DNA of 60,035 nucleotides, filler included, from Rhizaria sp. SCN 62-66 (Eukaryota): NCBI GenBank assembly GCA_001724265.1. It is 5 parts of 5 records of this genome, joined end to end, with 100 filler letters (N's around TTAATTAATTAA, not from the genome) between each part and the next. Parts side by side here need not be neighbours in the genome. Positions count along the whole stretch, not along the records: positions 48,515 to 60,035 come from MEDY01000569.1; 4 more parts are not named here. One strand, 5' to 3'. Shown piece by piece: positions 59,965 to 60,035 of this stretch (position 1 is its first letter; each line of letters starts with the position of its first letter). The notes under the pieces were generated by a model. It saw only the letters and a program-made list of their open reading frames with translations, ran no database searches and was not told where the DNA came from. The position numbers and the translations under genes were made by a program.

Positions 59965-60035
59965 GGTCCAACAGCAGAGCGCGGTTCTGCGTCTGGCTAG
60001 TGGTGTAAGCGGGGACCAACTTAACCTGAGATAGA

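Overview
This window is eukaryotic (protist-like) nuclear DNA. It consists of five contigs joined by artificial 100-nt spacers (44 N + TTAATTAATTAA + 44 N) at 9989-10088, 20037-20136, 29976-30075 and 48415-48514. Contigs 1-4 have very GC-rich coding regions and AT/pyrimidine-rich GT-AG introns. They carry RPS15, cyclophilin-40, a TTBK/CK1-family kinase, RPLP2, a PMCA-type Ca2+-ATPase, proteasome beta5, two halves of RPL8, an SSXT-domain protein, glutaryl-CoA dehydrogenase, an ankyrin protein, a PUB+A20+AN1 protein and several Ala-rich hypothetical proteins. The main observation is six in-frame TAG codons inside four otherwise continuous reading frames, three of them in one ankyrin gene. Every independently identifiable gene end in contigs 1-4 is TAA or TGA. 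This points to a variant nuclear genetic code with UAG as a sense codon and UAA/UGA as stops; the amino acid cannot be determined from this window. Contig 5 differs in composition and holds a head-to-head pair of secreted MACPF/perforin-like genes, flanked by a long inverted repeat, a short MITE-like element and a frameshifted pogo/Tc5-type transposase. Other oddities are a Cys/His-rich EsV-1-7-like insertion in the Ca2+-ATPase, a long +1-frame ORF overlapping its stop codon, and a contig bracketed by the two halves of RPL8. All calls come from reading the sequence by eye; no database searches were run.
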